DNA from: Octopus sinensis | Lineage: Eukaryota | Assembly: GCF_006345805.1 (NCBI RefSeq) | Contig: NC_042997.1 | Location: 77,190,001-77,254,000, forward strand | Reading direction: 5' to 3' | Length of the DNA: 64,000 nt | Shown here: positions 38,231-52,353 of the stretch, piece after piece | Position numbering within the stretch: position 1 is the first letter of the stretch | Layout: each line of letters starts with the position of its first letter | Made by a program: the position numbers and the translations under genes | The notes under the pieces: generated by a model | Databases searched by the model: none | The model's input: the letters and a program-made list of their open reading frames with translations, nothing else | What the model was told of the DNA's origin: nothing

Positions 38231-39332
38231 TGAGGGGCGTTCAATAAGTAATGCCCCTGACCCACTTCCCATAGCAGTAGAGCAACGAAACTTGGCACAG
38301 TTATTAGTCTTTTTCTACATAGACCAGAGTTACGCATTTCTCCCATTGTTTGATGCAGCTCTGGAGACCGTTTTTGTAGAAGACCCCAGCTTGGTCCTCC
38401 AACCTGAACGTGACTTCAGAAATCAAGGCTGCATCATCTGGGAAACGCTTTCCTTTCAAAGACAACTTCATGACTGGGAAGAGGTGAAAATCAGAGGGTG
38501 CAAGGTCAGGAAAGTAGGGGGATGGGGGAGGAGTTCATCGCCATCACTACTCCGTCCTGGTCCCAGAAGACTGTGAGCATGACCTTGCCAGCGGAGGGCT
38601 GCCCCCTTGCCTTCTTTGGAGGGGGTGAGTCACGGTGCTTCCACATCATTGACTGGGCTTTGGTCTCTGGATCATCGTGATGGACCCAGGTTTCATCCTG
38701 TGTAATCAGTCTTTTGAAAAATTTTGACTCATCTTCTTGGCACATCTCCAAATTCACCCTCGAGCACTCAACGCGTTCTTGCTTCTGGAAAGGCGTGAGC
38801 AACCTGGGAATCCATCTGGCAGACACCTTTTGCATATGCAAATGGTCATGAATGATAGTTTCCACAGACCCGGTACTAATCTTGACCTCATGGGCTATTT
38901 GGCGAATAATTATGCGTCGATCTTCCAAAATGGCAGCCTCAACTTGACGGACAGATGCCTCATCAATGGCAGAAGGGGCGACCAGATCTGGGAGTGTTTC
39001 CACAGAGTTCCGACCATGTTTGAATTCACGATGCCAGCGTTTTACAAGGTCATATGATGGGGCATCATCACCATAAGTTACTTTCATTTCATCAAAAGTC
39101 TCCCGTGGTGTGCGTCCTTTCAAATACAAAAACCGGATCACTGCTCGACACTCAACAGGCTCCATTTCACACTTGACTCGGTTCAAACACCTGTAAATCA
39201 GAAACCACAATTAATTCAGAGCTGTAATTTTCCACTTACTCTATAGAGATATAAATGATTGCACATGCAAAATTTCAGCTAGATCAAACAACTTCAAGTG
39301 GGTCAGAGGCATTACTTATTGAACGTCCCTCG
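38231..39332 (-). mobile_element. Mariner with internal deletion; 234-aa truncated transposase ORF 38506-39210
   Basis: TA flanks, ~37-bp TIR gaggggcgttcaataagtaatgcccctgacccactt; WIPRLL, TQDETWVHH, KVMLTVFWD; HDNA region deleted. Confidence 0.93.
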
Positions 39333-41568
39333 TATATATATATTTATTCATTTGTTCATTTTTATATCTGTTTTTCCATGCTAGCATGGATTAAATGGAT
39401 AGTTTATTGTGGCATTATTTTCAGCTGGATGTCAGTCCTATCACAAAATCTTATCTATTTTTCAAGTAAGGGATCTCCAGTTTCACTCACAACTTTGGAG
39501 GCTTGAAGCAAACAGTTGATTTGTTGATAGAAGTGAAAACATGACCACTTTTTGGTTGTAACATATATGGAAGTGAGTGCTAATGTAAAGCAATCTCAAA
39601 CATGTACATGGACACACACACACACATATGCATATATATGTGTGTGTGTGTGATTGTGTGTGTATACTCATATGCATCTTTTTGACATCTGCTTTTACCC
39701 TACTGGCAAGTTTAGATAAGTCATCTTGGAGCAGTATTCTATTGCTGGATGCTCTTCTTGATGCCAACTCTGAATTATTTTCAAGTAAAGTACTTTATTC
39801 CACTGATCTTTACATGTTGGGTCACTAAGCTGCAGGACAAATTGTTTGTGTGGGATAAAAACAGATGTCAGTGCTACTCACATGGTATGTATATGAAGAC
39901 ACACTGAAAAGCACACACACACAAATACTTGTGTGTGTACATATACAATGTGGTCTTTCATAGAGTTTATGTCCTGTTAGATTTCTCTCACAATGTACAG
40001 GTCAACCTAAGACTATAGTGAAAGTCACTTGCCCCAATGTGCCAGGACAGAAAAGGGCCACTATATAACATAGTCAAAATACTAGATTGTGAAAAACAGA
40101 GTGAGATAAGACTATTGAAGAAATCATCATAGCATAAAGATGAGTGTCATATGGGAACCTTTAATGAAATTACAACAGTAAACCACATAACCATATATAA
40201 ATTATTATTTTTTAATTCATTAGTTTAATCTAGTTTTGATGTGTATTAAGAGCTATCTCTGATGTTGTTACACTAAAGAATTTTCATAAGCATTTCATCT
40301 TGGGGTTATTTTCCTTAGTTGCTCCTTTGCTCGTAAACTGTTGTGTTTATTATGCTGTTGTTGGTGGACTTTCTTTTATTATACTATTGCAATTACCACC
40401 AGTGTTGTGTTCTCATCGCTTTGTTGTTTTACTGATTATATTTTTTGCTTTCATTGTTGTAATTGTAATTTCTTTTCCTTGTTTGTCGTGTCAAACATTT
40501 TGTTTCCATAATTGCTATTTTTATGATCTTGTTTAGATGATATGTGATGTGTGTCAAATATTGAAACATGTTCTTCTTTAACATTCCTTTTATTTTTTTT
40601 TTCCTCACTTTCAATCATTATTTGTATTCATTACTTGACATGTCATCATTCGAAGACATAGGTTAAGAGAAACTATAATCAGAATGTTACAGATTACATA
40701 TGCAAGAAACAAGGCAGAAAAAACTAGCATATCCAATAAAGTACATACAATGTCATCTGATAAGATTATCATGGAGACAATATTCTATGAAAAACGTGAG
40801 CAATGCCTGTAATAACAATTTTTTTATATTTTGTAAAGATTTTGCTACCTTTCTGCTTCGGTTATTACTAGGATTGCAATTACCTTCATCTTTCAAAGTT
40901 TTAGTTTTTTTATTCCCAAGTTCTTACCTCAGCTAATTTATCAAATGACAGTGATATTATTGACATTGTCATAGCTATTATTATGAGTAGTACTAATAGT
41001 AGTAGTTATAACAGTATGATTTTAGATGGTAGAATCAATAGAGTTACATAGAAAGTGCCTTGCAGTATTTAGTCAAGTCTTTTATGTTCTGTCTTTCATA
41101 CTTCCAAGATCAATAACTACTAGAATTGTTGTTATCAACTACACCCATCCCCAACAACATTTGTGACCTAAGAAATTACAGGGTTATTTCAACCCTTTTG
41201 TATATTTTTGGTGTTGTTTTTTTCTTATAGGCTTTTTTTTCTCAAATAATTGGTTCTCTGTAAACTCCTTCCATTTTTGAAATTTGTCCTTGTATCCTCT
41301 CATGCATTGCCCTTGTAGCAAATAAATGAAATCGTTATTATTGTTTCCTAGCATTGCATGTGGCCAATAAAGAAAGGATTATCACCAGACCCACCATTTG
41401 CTTCATGTGCATACAATATCATTCATATTTTACAATTAATGTGTTTTGTATGTATTTATGTATAGATAGTTTTATTATAATTCTAGTATTGATGATGTGT
41501 AGGAACACTGTATTTTGTTATGCAACCATAATATACTACAAAGTATATTAAACACTTTTATAAGTCAA

Positions 41569-44500
41569 CTAGCAGAATTGCCCGGCATTGCTTGGGGCTG
41601 AATTGCTTGAAAGTACTGTTAATGATTGCACTGAATTATGATGATTATTCAGGCAAATATAGATATAAGTTACGGCGAATAAATGTATTTGTAAGTGTAT
41701 AGAAAGCCGTGTAAAGGGGTTCCTACCCCCTCGTAGAATGGTGTAAGAATTGAATGCGAGGTTGCCTTGAAAAGAGCCATGTTATTGTTCTCATAATTGT
41801 AAGAATTTTATATTCGTGGAAGGCAATGTAAAACGTTCGCAGGTGAATAGGGTCTCTTCGTTTTGCACGAACGGCAGCGGATGTGCTGTTACAAAACTTC
41901 ATGCTGTGTTAAAGGAGAGTGGATTTCCTATGTAGGCAAGAGACAAGCCCAAAAACCTGCCCTTTTTTAATTAAATGAATGAGGTTAGCCAGTTTCTGCC
42001 TGAAAACCCTTGCAATAATATCATGGCGATGACAGTACTGCTGCCCTGGGAGAAGTTCTCGCGTTACCTCAACCCACTTTGGGTTACATGTAAAGGTAAT
42101 GAATAAATCGGGTCGCCCATAATGCCGAACGTAAGTCATAGCGTCTTGTGTTCGCTTGTGCATGTACCGTGGGCCCCCTGTATAGGTTGAGGGGAGAATG
42201 CACATTTTGCCGATATTGCGGGCGTCAGTGTCATTCCTGATGCCATCACGCAAATGGATGTAGGAGTCTGAGCGCAGCTGCTTCTGATTCAATTTGATGA
42301 AGCACAGTCTCTCGGACTCCATCTTTGCAGCCATGTCAACTGCAAATTGGTGAAACAGTTCCCATGATCTGTGCAGGGGGTTGAAATCATTATGCCTTGT
42401 CATGAAGCAGTATGAGTAAAAAGCCATACATGAAACGGTTTTAGATGTCGCAGTCGAGGGCTCGTTTGGTTTGTGGTGAGGAATGCCGAAATGGTACCCG
42501 TCTTCTCCATACGGAAAAAGAAGGGGATACTGCAGGGCGTCATATGACCGATGCATCTCATTAATACGCTGAAGACCACTGTCGCGGTTTTGAAGAACTA
42601 TGTCTCGCTGCTTGTGCTGTTCACCATGGAGAACTATGGCCACTTTATTGCACGAAGGAGCGTTATATCGGCGCGCGTGCTCCCCAGAAGGCTTTTTGTG
42701 AGCATCGATGACAATGGTGAATGTTGGTGATGGGGCTGTTTTCAAGGCGTATTTGAAACTGCGAATATAGCTGTTGTGGTCATGAAGCATGTTTTGCAGA
42801 GTGAGCAGCACATCCCTGGCGAAATTGTCAGTGTCAGTGTTTGCAGGTTGTGGAATTACGTCGAAACGCAAATCAAGTTGCCTATTGTAATTTGTAATGA
42901 AATAAATTTGAAGGAACGAAGGTTTGCAATTTTGTAGTGGCTGGAGTGACCCAATAAGGTGGTACACCTGGCCCTGGACCTTGAAAGTAGGCATCCAACC
43001 AGTTTCTCTGACAACGTTAGCCTCAAAAGAAGTCATCTGAAATGCACAATTGTACTTCCTGATGAGTTGAAGGAATTTTGATTACCTTGAGGTGGAACCA
43101 GTAAGTAATTCCTTCAAAGGGTCTGGCAGCTCCCGAAGAGGGGGCAAGCTGACCTTACCGTTTAAGCAGCACATCGCAGCCCAGTTTTTAGCATTGCATA
43201 ATTGGCAATTGAAGCACATTTCCCCAATATTTATGTCAGCGTGCATCGAGTAATTGAAGTTGGGCTCATACTTGAAAGCACGTAGATGCCAGTAAGGGCT
43301 GTTTGGACTCGTCAGACCGCGGCGTCGACTGTTCCGCTGGAATGTAGAACGTTGCTGGTCTGAGTCGTGGGAATGTTTCGAAAATGTTGAAGCAGCAGTA
43401 GCCGCAGCATTTGTAGCCAGTGGAGTGGCCCTTTGTTGTGGGTCCTCTGAAGCCCTTTGTGCAGCAACAGCAGAAGCCTTTATGGCGCTGCGCTTCGACC
43501 TTGTTTCCGGACCGTCTGAAGCCGTGGAAGCAGCATCATATGAAGCCATTTATGTTAGGCGTGCGTTGCGCTGTTGTAAATTTTCAGCAGCTCGTGATTG
43601 CGCTGAACGTAAGGCGCTCTGTGAAAGTCTGAAAGCCTTTTTGTCGGAAGACTCGTTTGCGATAATCGCCTTTTGCGCCGCTGCTGCTGCAGTATGGTGG
43701 CCGAGGCGACTTCTCTTTTTCGGTGGCATTTTATGTGAAAAAGAAAGGGTGAAAGTTACTTAAAGATAGAAATTGTAATGTGAATGAAATGTGTGGAAAA
43801 ATGTAAACCGTGGAAGGAAAAGAAAGAAATATTAGCAGCTGAAGAAATTTTTTATGCAAGTATAGCGACAGAGTGTGTAAAATGTATTGAAATTTGAGTT
43901 AAAAGCAAGAAAATAAAGTTAGATTTGCAAGAATGGAAGTAGTTTACGTACATGTTCGAAATGTGAAGTTTTAGTTGTTTAATCAAATATTTGCGTAAAG
44001 TGTATAGAAACGTAAATTGAAAAAGAAAATGAATTGAAATTTTTAAGAAAGGAATTTGTTTACATACATGTGTCAAATGGCAAATGTTTGTGCAGTTGTC
44101 CGAAATGGAACCAGGGTAAATGTGTGGAACTGATGTATTATAATGAATAGTCCTTCTTGAATTGAAAACCAGTGGTGTAGCATATAAGACCATAGGGGAT
44201 CTTCTTCTTGCAAAAAGGGATGACCAGTCTGAATGGCTCATCCCTGTCACACACACACACACACACACACACGTTAGCTTACAGTTTCTTTCAACAATTG
44301 ACACTGTCGTATATATTTGCGTGTGTATGTGTGTAAAGAGGAAGTGGGAGTAATAGGCAGAGTAAAGGCTTTGAAGTGAAAGAGTGAAATGTTAAAATAT
44401 TGAGTTTTCTCAAATTTTTTCTTATTTGGGGGTGAAATTGAAAGAAATTTTGTATGGCATGACCGAATGGAAGTACTTGGAAAAATCATAGGTAAACTCT

Positions 44501-44950
44501 AATTGAAGAAATTGTGTGAGGAGTAAATCGTTATGTATTTATTTGTTTCTGTTTGGGTTTTTTTTTTTTTTGAGTAGTGGTTTAAGGTACACTTGCAAAG
44601 AGAAAGTAGGAGAAATTAGGGTGATAGCATGAGTGAAGCAGTTCATCCCTGTTATATAAAAAGTTTCACTTTAATTGTTGCACACTTGCAAAGAGAAAGT
44701 AGCAGAAGTGTGGTGGTAATGGTATGAGTGAAGGAGTTAAAATGAAAGAGGAAAATCTAAAAATATAGAGTTTTCTCGAATTTTTGCTTAATTGGGGTTG
44801 AAATAGGAAAAACTGTACCTGCCACGACCCGATGTATTCTACTCGTAAAAATGATAGGTAAATTCTAATTGAAGAAATTCTATATTGTAGATTTGTATAA
44901 TAAACAAACGGTTTGGGAGGCAGATAAAATCTGCCTTTTATAATAAGAGA
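41569..44950 (-). mobile_element. Helitron, internally deleted, both termini intact
   Basis: Minus strand A|TCTCTTATTATAAAAGG ... hairpin ccccaagcaatgccggg ... CTAG|T; no TSD. Confidence 0.92.
41909..43729 (-). pseudogene. Helitron RepHel N-terminal part (disrupted)
   Basis: MPPKKRSRLG start at 43729; C..C...CC.NGKV.LP; FQMTSF, TFKVQGQVYH, SYDALQYPLLFPYGEDG, LPSTYTGGPRYM, RPDLFITFTCNP; stops and frameshift; no HUH, Tyr or helicase motifs. Confidence 0.9.
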
Positions 44951-45975
44951 TATTATGTTCTTCTGTGTTAGCAGTGCTATTACATCACTTGTTAAGGTTA
45001 TCTCTACAGATTTTGCATAGAAATTATAGCCAGCACTGATTTTTTTTTTCATATCCAAGATGCCAGATATAAACAAAAACGAGATCAAAGATGAAATATG
45101 CCATAGTATAGGGGATGATTTAGTAGATACATATTAATTTGGGATGTCATTTGTGTTATAGTACTGGAAAATTATTGGGAAGAAAGTACATTATATGAAT
45201 TGTACTATCAAATTGAAAAGTCTTGTGTTGGCTGTGCTGAGCTTTGAAGTTGTAGCCCAATCATGGTTTTCTTAATTTTTTTTTTATGATTTTTCTTTAT
45301 CATACTCAGTACCCCAATTATGATTATTTAGATTTTCATTCATATTCTTTTTATAATGGTCTGCTTTGATTTCCTTGTCAGTCTGATTAGCCATTGTCAC
45401 AAATTAGTTTTATACATGTTTATACAACCTATTCTTGATTAGTTTTTATTTATTTTTATTTTGACGTGTCATCATATTGTATAGTAAACACAGTTTCCTA
45501 CTCTGGTCATGTTTGTCAATATATTTCAAACTTCAAAAGGATTTAACAGCTAGAAATGATGTGGTCAGTTTTATCTTTGTGTTGATTGCATAGAATGAAG
45601 CTGATGTTGGTGTCTTTCATTATTTTATTAGTGTAGTTATTTTATGGCCAGTTTGTTGTAGTTTTTTGGTACACAGCTAAAATCAGATCTATTTCTACCT
45701 TTAATCCAGAGCTTTGGAATCATTGTTGACTTTCATGCTGATATATTTCCCTCCTGTTGAATCGTCACCATTTTCAGTAATTTTTGAAATTCTGTGTTTA
45801 ATTTAATCTATCTTTAGTTTTGTACTTTTTTTCTACTTTCTAAAACTTTTTCTTCACTATAATTAGTTTCTAATTTGTACTTTATACACACACACAGAAG
45901 TTTGTTTTTATTTTTGGTTTATGTGCTTACCTTTATGTAGTATGAGGAATGAAGTGCAATTCACTTACTCTTTGA

Positions 45976-47201
45976 GGATCTATTTCATCTCAATCACAAA
46001 TTTTTAAATTAATTTTTTTAACTAAATAGTTTGAAACTTCGAATACTGGTAGAATTTCTCACGTGGAACATGGTTTTCTTTGAACATTTTTGAGAAAATT
46101 TCCTATTTTAGAAGTTATTTCGTGTTTGGGTAATTTCAACCAATCAGGGATGTGTATTCGGTTGAAGAAAGCTACTGCTGTTTGTAATAGTATCGAAGAG
46201 GATCAACTTCCAGGTCATCTCTACTAAATGTCACCATTCTGTTCGAAGAATCAACAGCATAGAGCAACGAATCCACAGCTAGCTTTTTGTTGTTGACATA
46301 TGTGTAGTTTCAAAATGCCTTATTTTACAACTATGAAATGTATTGTTATTGTCATGATTTTATCTTACTATAATCAACAGCAAACACATTTCGTCAATAT
46401 AAAAGTCTTTATTAAGGCGACGAGCTGGCAGAAATGTTAGCACACTGGGCGAAATGCTTAGTGGTATTTTGTCTGCCGTTACATTCTGAGTTCAAATTCC
46501 GCCAAGGTTGACTTTGCCTTTCATCCTTTCGAGGTCGATTAAATAAATACCAGTTATGCACTAGGGTCAATGTAATCAACTTAATCCCTTTGTCTGTCCT
46601 TGTTTGTCTCCTCTATGTTTAGCCCCCTGTGGGCAATAAAGAAATAAATATAAAAGTCTTCATTTGATTAAAAATAGCATTATTGAAACATGACGGTAAA
46701 ACAAAACAAATAGCAGATTATACATTGGAAAATACGGTAATTGTAGTGGCAGTGACAAGTTCGCTCGCTGGTTGCTAGTTGATAGTGTATAAGGAAGGGA
46801 AAGAGTAAGGAATGCATGGTGCTGACTAGAAAGGAAAGAAGGATAAAGGTGATGAATAGAGGGAGGGAAAGAGTAAGGAATGCACAGTGCTGACTAGAAA
46901 GGAAGGAAGGATAAAGGTGATGAATAGTACAGAGTGACATTTAATAGAGATGACCCGGAAGTTGTTCCTCTTCAATTACTATCACAAACAACAGAAGCTT
47001 TCTTCAACTGAATGCACATCATTGATTGGTTGAAATTACCCAAATACAATAACACGGAATAACTTCTAAAATAGGAAATTTTCTCAAAAACATTTGGAGT
47101 AAACTGTGTTCTACATGAGAAATTCTACCTGTATTCAAAGTTTCAAACTGTTTATTTAAAAAAATTGATTAAAAAATCTGTAATTGAGATGGAATAGATC
47201 C
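45976..47201. mobile_element. Non-autonomous DNA transposon with ~260-bp TIRs (MULE-like MITE), carrying a nested SINE
   Basis: ggatctatttcatctcaat...aaatgtcac mirrored by gtgacattt...attgagatggaatagatcc; flanks ctctttga / ctctttgg (imperfect 8-bp TSD). Confidence 0.85.
46410..46646 (+). mobile_element. Full-length tRNA-derived SINE with 14-bp TSD
   Basis: A-box-like gagctggcagaa, B-box gagttcaaattcc, core gcctttcatcctttcg; TSD aatataaaagtctt at 46396-46409 and 46647-46660. Confidence 0.92.
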
Positions 47202-49986
47202 CTCTTTGGTTCTCTTGCAGCTGGGTTATATTCATGGGTGTTCTAGCTGCCTAACCTCTGGCCAGAACCTAATGGAAAATTCCTTTTAATTCATGCATCT
47301 ACACACTTCTGTCGCCCAAAGCAAAAGAAACCCACACTGGTTCTGCTTCCACTCATATAACCTCTCTCACTCCTTGCCTTCTGGTCAATACTGACTCTGT
47401 ACTTCTGGTTCACCTCATCCCCACACTATGTTCAACTGATCACATTCTTTTGGTTTTCTATTTATTTTTCTTGACCTATTCTTGTTATTTTCTAAAAGCA
47501 CTTTCTTTATATCAAGTATCCTTGTGTGTGAGGTAGGTCTATCCTATCTATATCCACTTTAAAATAATGGATTTAGAGTGAGTAGTTTTCTGGTTTTCCT
47601 ATCTACCTTCTTGAGTTCATTTGACTTCTGACTTATTGAAGCTATAGTTTATATCTGAGATATATCTGGCATTGAGTTTAATTTTTTTTATCACTAGCCC
47701 CACTCTTTCCTTGTGCTCGTTTTCCTTCACTTCTCTTTGTTGTCACTTATCAGTTTCCTCTACTCCTACATACACATGTGGGTGGTTCTGTCCTAATTCT
47801 TTGAGTCTGGTGTCTTAATCTTAATGATTCTAGTTTTAATTCATTTGCTTCTTGTTCATGTAACCTTGACATAGTCTTATCATATTCTCTTTTTGTTATC
47901 ACAGCCTAATTCATGTACAGATTTAGTAGTTTCTCCAGCTGAGCATCAGTTTTTTATTGTCTAGTATTTGTTGCAGTCACAGCATCTGCAACAGCATTAC
48001 TATGTTTCTTTTGAGTTTATATTTCTTATTATCATGCTTTCTTTTATATATTTTATATCTTAAGTATTGGCTATGATTCTATAAATCATTGTTCCTAAAA
48101 CTGCGTCTGCTTTTCTGAACAGGTTTCTTGGGTTAAAGCCTCCTCTGAATAAGTTCATATTTTGTAGTCTACATCTGTTTTTATATCTTCTAAGGCCACT
48201 GATATATGCATGCCTTCACATTCAATATTTGTAAATCTTTATATTTTGAGTGTTTCTTTGATTGATAAGTTCCTGTGTGAGACATGATATTGATTGTATG
48301 GCACATTTTATTTATGTGATTTTTATTCATGTTTCTGTCTAGTTGATTGGTTAAGATCTACTTGTTTCTGACCAGCAGAAAATTTAGTTACATCAGAAGG
48401 GCTCATTTATAAAGAAAAAAGAAAAAAATGCTAATGATAAATGCTGAATGTGCGGAGCATTTGATGAGATAATCAACAGCATTTTCATATCCTTATTACT
48501 GCCATTTTCTGTAACTTACTCAGGATTATAGTAGTTATCTCTGTGATGTTTATTTTACAATGTCTAAGAATATGCTAATAACTACATTTAGCTATCTAGT
48601 TGCATCTTCATCATCATCTAGTGTCTGTTTTCCATGCTGGCATGGGCTGGAACTGGTAAACCAGAGAGCTGCACCATTTCCCCATTCACAGAAAAAATTA
48701 CATTTTAAAATTTACATGGTCACAATTTCATATCTAGAGAACAAAAATTTTATTGTAAAGAAATTACTTTATATATGAAATATAGGCATCACAATTTCAC
48801 AGGGGTAAAAATTTAATGCAACATAGCATACTCTGAAATCCTCTTTTTCTCTCTCCTTTTTCTTTTTCTTGTTCTCTCTTTCTCTTCAACTAAGCATGTG
48901 AAAGCGTTACAATTACATTCCCTATTACCTCTACCTCACATCATGCACTCTTTTTCTCTCTCCTTTTCTTTCTCCCTCTTTTTCTCTAATTAGATGAAAG
49001 TGTTACCAACAGGCTAAGTAACGTAATGACAAGCAGAATTATTATAAGATTGGCATCCAGTCTTCAACTTATTTATCCTCCATTCTATAATGTTTAACTA
49101 TATAATTTAACAAAGATTGGAATGGAATTTATTGCCTCTCTTCGGTTTATTTGTCTTTTTTTACTCATTTTCAATTCACTGTTTCATTATTTTATGTTAC
49201 ATTTTATCTGAAATCACTTGTATCTTTCCTCATTTTCAGTTTCCTTATAAAGCTTATCAACTCCTTTTTTCTATTTATTTTGTTTTTGTTCTTTTATGTG
49301 GTAAAATCCTAAATTCTACTTTTGTCTTGATTCAGTATTCAGATTGTTTAAAAAAATGATTGACAAAGATGCTTTGCTTAGCAAACATCTCAAAGTAGTG
49401 TGTGTGTGTGTGTACACATGTGCACATGCACACACACATACGCATATACATGTAAACACCTACATATATATATCATCAGCAACAGCAGTATCATTGAATG
49501 TCTGGCATTGATTGGACAGTTTGACAGGAGCTGGTAAGCCGGAAATCTGCAGCTCTGTTGTCTGCTTTGTCATAATTTCTACAGCTGGACGTCCTTTCTA
49601 ATGCCAACCACTTTACAGTGTGTTATGGGTGCTTTGTATGTGACACCAGCACCAGCAGGGTTGCCAAGTAACTTGTGAGGCAAAGGCTCCTCAGCTGGAA
49701 GAGGGTGTTGACCCAAGTGAAGTAGCTGTGTGCTAGGTGAGAGAGATAGAGATAGGTGTTTTACTATAGAGGAGATACTTCACTTCTCCAATAGGAAAGG
49801 AAAGAAGAGGAAGGAGAGATAAAGAGAAAAATAAAGAGACAGCCAGAGTGAGAGAGAGAAACAGATGGTGTTGGTGATGCATCAGGACCTGTCCACAAGG
49901 AACCGCTAAGTTATGGGGATGTAAGCACACCAACATCAGTTGTCAAGCAGTAGTGGGGAACAAACACAGAAACAAAGACACATGCA

Positions 49987-49989
49987 TAC

Positions 49990-50022
<33 letters not shown>

Positions 50023-50025
50023 TAC

Positions 50026-50068
<43 letters not shown>

Positions 50069-50072
50069 TATA
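49987..50072. repeat. Compound (TA)n/(CA)n/(TACA)n microsatellite, part of a decayed SINE
   Basis: Read directly; followed by ggcttctttcagtttcc as in the SINE at 12870. Confidence 0.85.
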
Positions 50073-50218
50073 CAACAGGCTTCTTTCAGTTTCCATCTAC
50101 CAAATCCCACTTATCTACCAAATCTTACTTATGTACTTTACATCTGAAAAACTGCTAAACCTCTTAACTTTTAACTTCTGATATTTTGTACTTCTGGTCT
50201 ATCTATCTATCTATCTAT

Positions 50219-50748
50219 TGACCTGCCTGAGATGCGGGCAGAGCGATGAAACTGTTTTGCACGCAATCATGCAGTGCCCAACAACCTGTGGGCTTATGTC
50301 GAATGACTGCTGTCACGTGTAGGACATGTCGGTTTATCAGCTGAGTCTCTCGTTAATATCGTCACGCCTCCTTCCTTCAAACGGGAAGGAAGAGCTATTT
50401 TTATCATACTTGTGGCTATGGCGACAGAATGTATCTGGTGGACGTGCCTGAAAGGATTAGAGACAAACACTTTCCTCTCTGGTCAATCTCTCATCAACTT
50501 CTTCAAGTATCACTTGAAAAGGAAAGTGAGAGTAGAGAGTCAAGTTTTGTCTAGTGAATCGATTTTTTCTTTTTCCATTTATCAACCCCCCCTTTTTTTT
50601 TGCTTTCCTCTTTCTTTCCTTTTACGATCCCTTTTGATCGAAAACCAAACACCCTTTTTTTTATCCCCAAAAAGAAAAGCTCTACCTTGTAATTTTCCCA
50701 TCTGTGTGCAGCCCTGTGTTGCTAATAAAGAAACATATCTATCTATCT
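50219..50748 (+). mobile_element. Tx1/L1-like LINE 3' fragment A
   Basis: TCLRCGQSDETVLHAIMQCP zinc knuckle; tail gccctgtg..gctaataaagaaaca(tatc)n. Confidence 0.85.
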
Positions 50749-51720
50749 GGGGATTAGTGGAGGGGAGCGAACCTGGGCATCGACAAGGAATACCTGACCC
50801 GCCTTTTTGAGACGACTTTCGAGCCAGGACCTATGGACAACTTCCAGAGATCCCTGACCTGGCAGTGCTACCGAGAACCGCTACCCGTTCAGGATAAGCT
50901 CTATAGGCATGGCTCAAGAAACACGAGGCCGACCTGCCCGAGATGCGGTCAGAGCGACGAAACCATTCTGCACGCAATCGTGCAGTGCCCAACAATCTCC
51001 GACCTGTGGACTTATCTCGAACGACTGCTGTCACGTGTGGGACGTGTCGGTTTATCAGCCGAGTCTATCATTAATATTGTCACGCTTCCATCCTTCAAAC
51101 AGGAATGAAGAGCTATTTTTATCATACTTGTGGCTATGGCGAAAGAATGTATCTGGTGGACGCGCCTGAAAGGATTAGAGACAAACACTTTCCTCTCTGG
51201 TCAATCTCTCATCAACTTCTTCAAGTATCACTTGAAAAGGAAAGTGAGAGTAGAGAGGCAAGTTTTGTCTAGTGAATGTTTTAAAAAAAGATGGGTGAAT
51301 GTAGCAAGGATGGCACATATGAATGACAAAGCCACCTTGCCTATGAACCATAAAAATTAATACAGAGAGTTGCTTATTTGTAAAAAAAATATAACATGTG
51401 ACTTCATTGACCGAGGTTACCGTAGTCTTTTCCATAAGTTTTTCTTTCCACAGGTAAACCTCACCTGTCTTCCCCTTTACACTTTATATTGACATTTCTG
51501 TGATAACGACCCCTGTTGATCGATTTTTTTTCTTTTTCCTTTTATTTTTATTTTTCCTCCCCTTTTTTTTTCTTTTGCTTTCCTCTTTCTTTCCTTTTAC
51601 GATCCCTTTTGATCAAAAGCCAACCCCCCTTTTTTTTATCCCCAAAAGAAAAGCTCTACCATGTAATTTGTCCCGACTGTGTGCAGCCCTGTGTGGCTAA
51701 TAAAGAAACATATCTATCGA
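50749..51720 (+). mobile_element. Tx1/L1-like LINE 3' fragment B
   Basis: DNFQRSLTWQCYREPLPV.DKL...CPRCGQSDETILHAIVQCP; same tail. Confidence 0.88.
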
Positions 51721-51735
51721 TTTATCGATAGATAG

Positions 51736-51908
51736 CAAAAATTAATGGGGAAAAGTCAGTGGGCTTGCGGCTCAGCACCTGGAGAAGCAAGCCCATGCCG
51801 TCCAACAGCGTCTCCATCGTGGGACACTGAACTGACGGACCGGTTAAATTGCTCAGAGTCTGGTTCGGTCCGAACCTCCAAATGGAGAGGAACTAGGGCG
51901 AAATAACG
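51736..51908 (+). mobile_element. Tx1/L1-like internal RT fragment C
   Basis: AKINGEKSVGLRL...VKLLRVWFGP matches copy D at about 53100-53280. Confidence 0.75.
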
Positions 51909-52353
51909 ACTAGGGTGGCCACTCCCTAGTCGTTTTAGTGTGTTGTGTGTATTTTGTGTATGATTTTTATGTGTTGGGTGGAGTTGTGCATGGGTGATTG
52001 TTTGTTTTGACATTGTCTTCTGTTATGTTGGGTTTTGATCTAATGTATTGCATTAGGTCTGAATTGTTTGTGTATATTGCTGTCAACATTGTGGGACCAT
52101 TTCGTGTTTGTATTGTTGGTGGTAATGTGTGCATTTTGTGCAGGAGTTGTGTTTTCGGGAGTATTGACTCTCCTTGATTTGATTGATTGCGTGTTTTTTC
52201 TTTTCCCTTCTCTTCCATGTGGTTGGTTGGTGGGTGTATGGGTAGGTGGGTAGGTAGTTAGATAGATAAATAAAAGTAGATAGAGATAGATGAATAAATA
52301 GACAGAAAGACAGACAGACTCATAGATGGATAGACAGACAGATAGATAGATAA

